52,830 nucleotides of DNA from an uncultured Gemmatimonadota bacterium (GTDB lineage Bacteria; GCA-2686955). The stretch covers positions 1 through 52,830 of the forward strand of contig CAZBBK010000038.1 in NCBI GenBank assembly GCA_964490075.1. Direction: 5' to 3'. The translations under genes were made by a program, and so were the position numbers. Each line of letters begins with the position of its first letter. Position 1 is the first letter of the stretch. Shown here piece after piece: positions 25,971-34,537 of this stretch. Below the pieces are notes generated by a model. It saw nothing but the letters and a program-made list of their open reading frames with translations, made no database searches and was not told the origin of the DNA.

Positions 25971-27893
25971 TCACCCCCCACCCGGCTCCCCCCGCTCCAC
26001 CGCCCGCCGCGCCGTGCGCACGTTGCGGCTGTAGTCGACGTTGGTCGGCTCCAGGCGCAGCGCGGCCTGGAAGTGCTCGAGCGCCTGGTCGGGGCGGCCC
26101 AGCCGTGCCAGGGCGACGCCGGCGCCGTTGTGGGCGATGGAGTCGCCGGGATCGAGTCGGGCGGCGCGCTGAAAGTACATCGCCGCCGCGGCGAAACGCC
26201 GCTGCTCCAGGAGTGCTTCGGCGAGCGCTCGCTGCGACTCGGCGCGCATGAAGCCCAGCTCGGCCGCGCGGTCGAGCAGCTCCGCGGCCTCGTCGACCGC
26301 CCCGCGCAGGGCCAGGATGGCGCCCAGGTTGAGCAGGATCTGTGGGCCGTCGGGGACCAGGGCGCGGGCGGAGCGCAGGGTCTCGATCGCCGCCTCGACT
26401 TGGTGGTTCTGGTAGTAGGCGATGCCCAGGTTGACCAGGGCGGGCACGTAGTCCGGCGAATGCTCGAGGCTGGCCCGGTAGTGCCCGATCGCCTGTTCCA
26501 GGTCGCCGCGGCGCGCGCTCACCAGACCGAGGTTGTTCCAGGCCTCGTAGTAGTCGGGCTTGATCGTGAGCGCGGTCTCGAAGTGTTGCTGGGCGGCGCC
26601 GAGGTCGCCGCGCCGGGTCTCGATCAAACCCAGCTCGCTGTGCGCGGCGAAGGCCCGAGGATTGCGCGTCAGAGTCGCTCGCCACAAGGTTTCGGCATCG
26701 GTGTAGTCGTGGGCCTGGCGCCAAGTCAGGAGCGCGGCCAGGGCGAGCGGTCCGGCCCAGGCGAGGGCGCGCCATGGGGAAGCGCGAAACCCTGTCGTCA
26801 AGAGCGCCGCCAATGGCACCAACACTCCGATGCTGGCCAGGTACTGAAAGTGGTCGGCCACGAACGCGAAGCGCATCGGGTAGAAGCTGACGAAGCCGAG
26901 CGCCGGGAAGAGGGTGCCGGCGAAGAAGAGCAGGGCCGCCAAGGGACCGCGGCCGAGCCGCCGCCGCGCCCCCCACAGCGCCGCCGTCAGCGCGACGAAC
27001 GCGGTCGGGTACAGGTACTGCGACCAGGCGCCGGCGTCGATCGGCCAGAGCGGATAGAAGAAGGTCAAATCGCTCGGCACCACGAGCTTGCCGGCGTAGA
27101 ACCAGAGCGCCCGACCGGCGATCAGGACGCGCTCGGCGAAGCTGAAGCTCCAGGCCGCCCCCTCGGCGCCGACGTGCTGCTGCTCGAGCCCCGCGGTCGC
27201 CAATCCGGCGGCCGCGCCGAGCGCCAGGAGCGGCGCCAGCCGCGCCACATCACCCCGGCCGATCCGCCCCTTCCGCCACCACAGCCCCACCGCCACCGCC
27301 GCCGGAAAGGAGGCCGTCACCGACTTGCTGAGCAGCGCGCAGCCGAAGAGTGCCGCCGCCGCTGCGTACAGCAGCCATCGGTTCGCCGGGCGCGTCCCCG
27401 GCTCCCCCCCCGCAGACTTCGCTCCAAAACCCTCGAAACGGCAGTAGCACAACGCAGCCACCAGATAGCACAGTCCCGACAACACGTTCTTGCGCTCGGT
27501 GATCCACGCCACCGACTCCACGTGCACCGGATGCACCGCGAAGAGCGCGGCCGCCAGCCAGGCCCCCGGCGTCCCCAGCCGCCGCAGCACCCGCCACAGC
27601 ACCAGCGCCGCCCCCGCGTGCAGCAAGACGTTCACCACGTGGTAGCCGGCCGGATCCTCCCCCCACAACCGTCGCTCCAACCAGAACGAGGTGAAGACCA
27701 GGGGGTAGTACTGGGGCGAGGCCTTCCGGTCGAGCCAGATCGCCCGCAGCCCGCCCGGCTCGGTCAGAGTCGGATTCTCGGTCAGGTAGGAATCGTCGTC
27801 CCAGATGGTGCCGGCGCCGACCGCCGGCCAGTAGACCGCCAGCGTCAGCGCCACCAGCGCCAGGGCCGGAACGACTCGCCGCGCAATCGCCAA
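25971..27893 (-). CDS. Multi-TM glycosyltransferase-like (TMTC-like) protein with C-terminal TPRs
   Basis: IWDDDSY, YYPL, FAVHPVHVESVAWITERKNVLS, VADHFQYLAS, TPR repeats. TTG start uncertain. Confidence 0.88.
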   Translation of the reverse strand: MAIARRVVPALALVALTLAVYWPAVGAGTIWDDDSYLTENPTLTEPGGLRAIWLDRKASPQYYPLVFTSFWLERRLWGEDPAGYHVVNVLLHAGAALVLWRVLRRLGTPGAWLAAALFAVHPVHVESVAWITERKNVLSGLCYLVAALCYCRFEGFGAKSAGGEPGTRPANRWLLYAAAAALFGCALLSKSVTASFPAAVAVGLWWRKGRIGRGDVARLAPLLALGAAAGLATAGLEQQHVGAEGAAWSFSFAERVLIAGRALWFYAGKLVVPSDLTFFYPLWPIDAGAWSQYLYPTAFVALTAALWGARRRLGRGPLAALLFFAGTLFPALGFVSFYPMRFAFVADHFQYLASIGVLVPLAALLTTGFRASPWRALAWAGPLALAALLTWRQAHDYTDAETLWRATLTRNPRAFAAHSELGLIETRRGDLGAAQQHFETALTIKPDYYEAWNNLGLVSARRGDLEQAIGHYRASLEHSPDYVPALVNLGIAYYQNHQVEAAIETLRSARALVPDGPQILLNLGAILALRGAVDEAAELLDRAAELGFMRAESQRALAEALLEQRRFAAAAMYFQRAARLDPGDSIAHNGAGVALARLGRPDQALEHFQAALRLEPTNVDYSRNVRTARRAVERGEPGGG

Positions 27894-28110
27894 CGATCGC
27901 CCCTTTCGCGATGGTTCCGGGCGTCCTCCGATCCCGGATCGACGCCTCGACGCGGCACGATAACACGGCGTCCCGCCCTCCCATCCCCAACCGCGCCCGA
28001 CCGATCTGATACCCTGCTGCGCCCTCCTCACGTCCCGAGGAGATCTCGGCGCACCACGCTTCGACCACTCGAAGCGCGGCGCGGCTCACGACGACTACCA
28101 GGAGAATCTG

Positions 28111-28650
28111 ATGACCAAGTTGTTCTCGACCCTCGCGTGCGCAGCTCTCGCTGCGGCTGCCGCTTCGCCTGCTCCCGCCCAGATGTCGTTTGGACTGGGC
28201 TCCGTCTCCGCGGGCCTGGCGCTCGTGTCGCCCGAGGATATCGATGGCACCTTCGGCATCACGCTGGGCGCCGAGGTCGGCACCATCCTGGAGAATCTCG
28301 ATGCCCGCGCCGACCTGATCTGGTGGAGCACCAGCGAGGGCACGACGGGGGCCTAGGCGTCGTTCCGCGACATCGGCATTCTGCCCGGCGTCCGCTATCA
28401 CTTCTCCATGGGCGAAGACGTGCCCATCACGCCTTTCGCCGACGGCGGTCTCGGCATCCACCTGTTCAAGGCCGAGGTCGATACCTTTCTGGGGTCGGTC
28501 AGCGACACCACGACCGAGATCGGGATCTTCTTCGGTGGAGGCGCCGCTTACGAGATCAGCGACACGATGACCCTGGCCGGCATCGCCCGGTTCAACCTCA
28601 TGGACGTCAACTTCATCACGTTCGGCGCCGAGATCTCCATCGATCTGTAA
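28111..28650 (+). pseudogene. Outer-membrane beta-barrel (porin-like) protein interrupted by in-frame TAG
   Basis: Signal peptide and alternating beta strands. ORFs 28111-28356 and 28408-28650 are in the same frame, split by TAG 28354-28356; the intervening codons read ASFRDIGILPGVRYHFS. Confidence 0.75.
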
Positions 28651-28666
28651 AGGGCGCGTGCGACCC

Positions 28667-29170
28667 ATGGGAGCGGTGATCCGCGAGCTCGGACCGGACG
28701 ACGATCTGGAAGCCCTCACCGAGCTGCTGCACCGCGCCTACGCCGGTCTGGCGCGCCGGAACCTGCTTTACGTCGCTACCCACCAGAGCGTCGCCGTCAC
28801 CCGCAGCCGGATCTCCAAGGGCACCTGCTTCGTCGCCGAGCTCGACGGCCGCCTCGCCGGCACGCTGACCTACGTCGACCCCGCGCGCACTGCCGGCTGC
28901 GAGGTCTACGACCGCCCCGGAGTCGCCAGCTTCCACCAGTTCGGGGTCGAGCCGGCCTTGCAGGGCCGCGGTATCGGCGACCTCCTCCTGGCGCGCGCCG
29001 GGCAGGCCGCGCGCGCCGACGGTGCCCGCGCCCTGGCCCTCGACACCGCCGAGCCCGCCCGCCAACTGATCGCCATGTATCGGCGCCGCGGCTACCGCGT
29101 CGAAGGGCATGCGGACTGGCCGGAGACCAACTACCGCAGTGTCATCATGGTGCGCTCGCTGGAGCCATAG
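28667..29170 (+). CDS. GNAT family N-acetyltransferase
   Basis: FGVEPALQGRGIG acetyl-CoA motif; LDTAEPA...YRRRGY. Confidence 0.92.
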   Translation: MGAVIRELGPDDDLEALTELLHRAYAGLARRNLLYVATHQSVAVTRSRISKGTCFVAELDGRLAGTLTYVDPARTAGCEVYDRPGVASFHQFGVEPALQGRGIGDLLLARAGQAARADGARALALDTAEPARQLIAMYRRRGYRVEGHADWPETNYRSVIMVRSLEP

Positions 29171-29318
29171 ACGCCCAGGTCATCCGCGACGCCGCGTCAT
29201 CCCTTACGATGAGCCTGAGCCCCCGCGGCCAAGACGACCCCGGAAGACCCAAGAGCACGCGGCATTCTCTGCTTACGATGTAGGTACCGGTTCCCCGCAC
29301 CCCACTCCCGGAGGCAGC

Positions 29319-32087
29319 ATGAAGCTCCGTTCCGCCCTGCCCTGCGCCCTTCTTCTCCTCTCCGTCCTCCTCGCGCCCCGCGTCGCGCACGCCGGCGCCC
29401 TCGATCCCGATCTGGAGATGCGCCTTCGAGCCGCGTCGCCGAGCACCGAGTTCCGCGTGATCGCGATGCTCGAGGACCGCCCCGACGTCACGACCCAGGC
29501 CCGGCGCCTCTACCGCGAGGGCTGGGACCCGGCCGCGCGCCACGAACAGGTGGTGCGCACCCTGCAGCGAGCCGCCGCTCGCTCCCAGGGCCCCCTGCTG
29601 CGCCGGCTGCACGAGAGCAAGAGGCGCGGCGCGGTGAGCGCGATCACGCCGCTGTGGATCGTCAACGCCGTCGCCTTCGAGGGATTGCCGGGCGCCATTC
29701 GAGCCGCCTCACGCGCGGCCGGCGTCGACCAGATCGTCGAGGATTCGCCGATCGCCCTGGAGGAGCCGGTCGAGATGCAGCCCGACGCGCCGCGCGTCCA
29801 GTCCCACGAGTGGGGGCTCGACATGATCCGCGCCCCCGAGGTCTGGGCGCTGGGCTACTTCGGTGCCGGCCGGGTGGTCTGCAACCTCGACACCGGTGTG
29901 GAGGGCGACCATCCGGCCCTGGCCGACAAGTGGCGCGGCGTCGATGGGGGGGATTGGCGCCATCACTGGTTCGATCCCAGCACCGGCTCCAGCTTCCCGA
30001 TCGACGACAGCTACCACGGCACCCACACCATGGGAACCATGGTCGCCGCCGAAGTCGGCGACACGGTCGGCGTCGCACCCGGCGCCCAGTGGATCGCCGC
30101 CCTCACCATCGGCGGGTCCGGCGACTTCGTCTCCAAGTCGCTGCAGGCCTTCGAGTGGGCCACCGATCCCGACGGCGACCCCGGCACCCCCGACTATCCG
30201 GACGTGATCAGCAACTCCTGGACCGACCTGCAGCCCCGGTGCCTGTCCACCTTCCACCAGGCGATCGACAACGCCGAGGCGGCCGGGGCGGCGGTGGTGT
30301 TCAGCGCCGGCAACTCCGGCCCCGGATCGGAGAGCATCACCTCCCCGAAGAACCGCGCCACCACCCCGGTCAACATCTTCGCCACCGGCGCTCTGCAGAG
30401 CAACGAGCAGATCGCGTCGTTCTCCTCGCGCGGCCCTTCTTACTGCGACCACGTGACGATCAAGCCGGAGGCGACCGCCCCCGGCGACGACGTGCGCTCG
30501 ACCATGCCCTCCGGCTACGGACTGCTCTCGGGAACCTCGATGGCCGCTCCGCACGTGGCGGGAGCCGTGGCGATCTTGAAGGAGGTCAATCCCTCCCTCG
30601 ACCCCGAGACCGTCAAGACGATTCTGATCGAAACCGCACGCGACGCCGGCAGCCCGGGAGAAGACAACACTTACGGCAACGGCATCATCGATCTGTACGA
30701 GGCCTTTCTGGCCGCCGCGACCGGCTACGGCACCCTGGCCGGCCAAGTGCAGGACGCTGCCAGCGGGGCTCCCCTGTCGGCCGCGATCGAGGTGGTCGGC
30801 ACTCCGCGCCGCACCCGCGCCGGTGAAGACGGGCTGTTCATCCTGCCGCTTCCCGCCGACTCCACCTTCGACATTGTCGCCACCTACTTCGGCTACCTGC
30901 CGGCCGAGTTTCAGGTCGAGCTCGCCCCCGGCGACACTCTGCGGAAGCTCGTCGCGATGGACGCGGCCGCCACCGGCGGCATCGCCGGCATCGTGCGCGA
31001 CGAAGGCGCGGTGCCGGTAGTGGGCGCCGAGGTCGCGCTGCTCGATACGCCTCTGCCGAGCGTCTACACCGACGCCTTCGGGGCCTTCACGATCGACGCC
31101 GCGCCGGCCGACTCCACCTACCGTCTCGGCGCCGAGGCATGCGGGCTGCTGCCCGGAGGCCGCCTGGTCACGGTGCTGGCCGGGCAGGTCGCCGACGGCG
31201 ACCTGACGCTGAGCGAGCTGAGCGCCGACGACATGGAATCGGGCGAGAACGGCTGGACCCACGCCGCGGTCACACCGGGCTACCTCGACGAATGGCACCT
31301 GTCGCAGCAACGCAACCACACTCCCGGTGGCGACACTTCGTGGAAATGTGGCGACACCGGTTTCGGCGACTACGAGGATCTGGTCGACGCCGGCCTGGTG
31401 ACGCACTGTCTCGACCTGCGTCCGGGCAGCACGCTGCGTTTCTGGCACTGGATCGACGCGGAGATCGAGACCGCCACCGAGGCCTGGGACGGCGGAATCG
31501 TCGAGATCTCGAGCGACGGCGAGAGCTTCGATCAGATCACGCCCGAGGGCGGCTACCCCTACACCATCGTCGACAACCCAGCCTCGCCCTTCGAGCCGGG
31601 CACACCCTGCTTCAGCGGCAGTCACGACTGGCGGCAGGAGTCCTTCGATCTTTCCGCCTACGCCGGCGAGGCCTATGTGCGTTTCCGCTTCGGCACCGAC
31701 GGCTACGTGACCGAGGAGGGCTGGTACATCGACGACCTGACGCTCGACAGCGACCGCCCCGACGTCTCGATCGCCGTGCTCGGAGCGCCGGCCACGGTAT
31801 CTCCCGGAGAGCTCGCCGAGTGGGATCTGACCGTCTCCAACAACACAGCACTGCCCCAGACCGTCGACGTCTGGCTGCATATCGACGGCAATGGCGTCGA
31901 AGGGGCGCGAGTGCTGGTCAGCGACATCACGCTGCTCGCGGGCCAGTCGGGCACGCGCGGCGTGCGGCTGCTGGTGCCGCCGATCACGCCCGAGGGTGTC
32001 TACACGGTCGAGAGCACCGTCGGGATCTTCCCCGATGAGCCCTACGATCTCGACCGACGCACGGTGGAGGTGACGGCTGGCCGCTGA
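29319..32087 (+). CDS. Secreted S8 subtilase (bacillopeptidase F-like) with C-terminal beta-sandwich domains
   Basis: Signal peptide; catalytic triad LDTG, HGTHTMG, GTSMAAPHVAG. Confidence 0.95.
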   Translation: MKLRSALPCALLLLSVLLAPRVAHAGALDPDLEMRLRAASPSTEFRVIAMLEDRPDVTTQARRLYREGWDPAARHEQVVRTLQRAAARSQGPLLRRLHESKRRGAVSAITPLWIVNAVAFEGLPGAIRAASRAAGVDQIVEDSPIALEEPVEMQPDAPRVQSHEWGLDMIRAPEVWALGYFGAGRVVCNLDTGVEGDHPALADKWRGVDGGDWRHHWFDPSTGSSFPIDDSYHGTHTMGTMVAAEVGDTVGVAPGAQWIAALTIGGSGDFVSKSLQAFEWATDPDGDPGTPDYPDVISNSWTDLQPRCLSTFHQAIDNAEAAGAAVVFSAGNSGPGSESITSPKNRATTPVNIFATGALQSNEQIASFSSRGPSYCDHVTIKPEATAPGDDVRSTMPSGYGLLSGTSMAAPHVAGAVAILKEVNPSLDPETVKTILIETARDAGSPGEDNTYGNGIIDLYEAFLAAATGYGTLAGQVQDAASGAPLSAAIEVVGTPRRTRAGEDGLFILPLPADSTFDIVATYFGYLPAEFQVELAPGDTLRKLVAMDAAATGGIAGIVRDEGAVPVVGAEVALLDTPLPSVYTDAFGAFTIDAAPADSTYRLGAEACGLLPGGRLVTVLAGQVADGDLTLSELSADDMESGENGWTHAAVTPGYLDEWHLSQQRNHTPGGDTSWKCGDTGFGDYEDLVDAGLVTHCLDLRPGSTLRFWHWIDAEIETATEAWDGGIVEISSDGESFDQITPEGGYPYTIVDNPASPFEPGTPCFSGSHDWRQESFDLSAYAGEAYVRFRFGTDGYVTEEGWYIDDLTLDSDRPDVSIAVLGAPATVSPGELAEWDLTVSNNTALPQTVDVWLHIDGNGVEGARVLVSDITLLAGQSGTRGVRLLVPPITPEGVYTVESTVGIFPDEPYDLDRRTVEVTAGR

Positions 32088-32164
32088 GGGTCCGCGCCGG
32101 CGTGCATTTCGCGGCCGACCGCGGAGAAGTCGACTTCACTCCGATCGCCCACACGGAGAGCACC

Positions 32165-32644
32165 ATGAAGATCGAAGTGCGACAACTGAGTCCGCTCCGC
32201 GTGGCCTTCCTGCGCCACGTCGGCCCCTACGACGAGGTCGGGAAGACTTGGGAAGGGCTGTGCGATTGGGCCGGAGAACACTGTCTCTTCGGTCCCGACG
32301 TGCAGCTCTTCGGCGCCTCCTACGACGACCCCGAGATCACTCCGGCCGACAAGCTGCGCTACGATGCCTGCCTGACCGTCTCTGATAGCGTCACCGGCGA
32401 GGGTGAGATCGGCGTGCAGACGATCGGTGGCGGCGAGTACGCGGTGGCCTTGCACGAGGGGCCCTACTCCTCGCTGACGGAGACCTACGCCGAGATCTTC
32501 GGCCGCTGGCTCCCCGGCACCGGGCGCGAGCCGGGGCCGGCCCCGTGCCTGGAGTTCTACCTGAACGATCCCGACTCCACCGTGCCGGAAGATCTGTTCA
32601 CAGAAGTGTGGGTGCCGATTCTCTCTCCGCGCGATTCAGTCTGA
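32165..32644 (+). CDS. GyrI-like small-molecule-binding protein
   Basis: RHVGPY, YDDPEITPADKLRYDAC, YAVALHEGPY, LEFYLNDP. Confidence 0.92.
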   Translation: MKIEVRQLSPLRVAFLRHVGPYDEVGKTWEGLCDWAGEHCLFGPDVQLFGASYDDPEITPADKLRYDACLTVSDSVTGEGEIGVQTIGGGEYAVALHEGPYSSLTETYAEIFGRWLPGTGREPGPAPCLEFYLNDPDSTVPEDLFTEVWVPILSPRDSV

Positions 32645-32667
32645 GTCTCCTAAGGAGCCCAGAAATC

Positions 32668-33335
32668 ATGTCTCCAGCGAAATCACCGGCGCCGAATCAG
32701 GGGACGGGCGTCCCCAAGATCGACCTCTTCAAGCTGCACAAGGACGACTACGTCAAGCCCAAGAAGCCGGCACTGATCGAGGTGGCGCCGGCCCGCTATC
32801 TGGCGGTCGATGGCGTCGGGGCCCCCGGCGGCGAGAGCTTCGGAGAGCGCATCGGCGCGCTCTACGGCATGGCCTATACGATCAAGTTCACCAGCAAGTT
32901 CGCGGGCCGCGACTTCGCCGTTTGCAGGCTCGAGGCGCTCTATGGGGTCGACGGGCAAGGCAGCGCATTCGCCGAGCTGCCGCAGGACGAATGGCGCTGG
33001 CGCATGCTGATCCGCCTGCCCGAGTTCATCGGCGACACCGACCTGGAGGCCGCCCGCGCCACGCTGCGGGAGAAGCAGAAGCCGGGGGACTTCGACGCAG
33101 TGCGCTTGCAGGCGATCGATGAGAGCCTCTGCGTGCAGATGCTGCACCTCGGCCCCTACGAGGAGGAGCACGAGACGATCGCCCAGATGGATGCATTCGG
33201 GGCGCCGAGCAGAGCCTCGAGCCCCACCTCTGGCACCACGACATCTACCTGAGCGATCCCCGCCGCGTGCCGCCCGAGCGGCTCAAGACGATTCTGCGCC
33301 GGCCGGTGGTGAAAAGGCACGGCCACACTGCCTGA
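32668..33335 (+). pseudogene. GyrI-like domain protein, frameshifted near 33200
   Basis: CVQMLHLGPYEEE is in frame 1; the conserved tail HHDIYLSDPRRVPPERLKTILRRPV is in frame 3, ending at TGA 33333-33335. Confidence 0.8.
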
Positions 33336-33391
33336 CTTTGATGTCCACTTCCCGGTAGACAGGTTCGAGGGGGGCGGCGATCGTGGAGGGC

Positions 33392-34537
33392 ATGCTCACG
33401 AAAACGCAGCTCTCGCACGCTGAGATGTACCAGGCCTTGGTGAAGCGCGACGCGGCCTATGAAGGGCTTGTTATCGTCGCCGTGCGCACCACCGGCATCT
33501 TCTGTCGGCCCACCTGTCCGGCCCGCAAACCGGCGCGCAAGAACGTGGAGTTCTACCGGTCCGTGTCACGGGCGCTCTTCGCCGGCTACCGGCCCTGCAA
33601 GCGCTGCCATCCCCTGGAGCCGGCGGGACAGGCGCCGGATTGGCTGCGCGGGCTGCTCGAGGCGCTCGAGCGCGACCCCGGCCGGCGCTGGCGCGACGCC
33701 GATCTACGCGCCGCCGGGCTCGACCCGACGCGCGTGCGTCGCTGGTTCAAGACCCACCACGACATGACCTTTCACTCCTACCAACGGGCCCGCCGGCTCG
33801 GCCGGGCCCTGGGCCAACTCTCGTTGGGAGCCGATATCTTGGACACCGCCTATCGCAACGGATACCAATCCCTGAGCGGCTTCAACGACGCGCTGCGGCG
33901 CCTTGCGGGCGACTCACCCGGCCGCAGCCGCGACGCCTCGCTCGTGCACCTGACACGCATCCCTTCGCCTCTGGGCCCCTTGGTCATCGGCGCCACCGAC
34001 CAGGCCCTGTGCCTTCTGGAGTTCGCCGACCGGCCGATGCTCGAAACCCAGCTGAAGCGGATCCGCAAGGTGCTCGGTGCGGTCATCGTGCCCGGAGAAA
34101 CCGAGATCACCGGCCTGGCGGCGGAGCAGATCGAGCTCTACTTCCGGGGCTCGTTGCGGGAGCTCACGGTTCCCCTGCGCACCGCCGGCACCGCCTTCCA
34201 GGAGAACGTCTGGGGCGAGCTGCGCACCATCGGCTATGGCGAAACCCGCAGCTACAGCGAGCAAGCCCGCCGCCTCGGCCGGCCGCGGGCGGTGCGGGCG
34301 GTGGCCCGGGCCAACGGCGACAACCGCATCGCCATCATCATTCCCTGCCACCGAGTGATCGGCGCCGACGGCAATCTCACCGGCTACGGCGGTGGCTTGT
34401 GGCGCAAGCGTTGGTTGTTGGAGCTCGAATCGGGGCGGCCACAGGAGTCCCGCCCCGAGTCGATCAGCGCTCATTCCTCCTTTTCGAGATCAAACCCAGA
34501 GCTCGACCAGACCCGCCAGGGGTCGCCGCCCAGGTAG
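33392..34537 (+). CDS. ada: Bifunctional Ada regulator / O6-methylguanine-DNA methyltransferase
   Basis: TTGIFCRPTCP and YRPCKRCHP (Zn site); AraC HTH; IPCHRV active site. Confidence 0.95.
   Translation: MLTKTQLSHAEMYQALVKRDAAYEGLVIVAVRTTGIFCRPTCPARKPARKNVEFYRSVSRALFAGYRPCKRCHPLEPAGQAPDWLRGLLEALERDPGRRWRDADLRAAGLDPTRVRRWFKTHHDMTFHSYQRARRLGRALGQLSLGADILDTAYRNGYQSLSGFNDALRRLAGDSPGRSRDASLVHLTRIPSPLGPLVIGATDQALCLLEFADRPMLETQLKRIRKVLGAVIVPGETEITGLAAEQIELYFRGSLRELTVPLRTAGTAFQENVWGELRTIGYGETRSYSEQARRLGRPRAVRAVARANGDNRIAIIIPCHRVIGADGNLTGYGGGLWRKRWLLELESGRPQESRPESISAHSSFSRSNPELDQTRQGSPPR

Noticed and set aside
28354-28356. Genome-wide TAG recoding or pyrrolysine
   Set aside because: TAG terminates other clear genes in the window, and this is a single instance.
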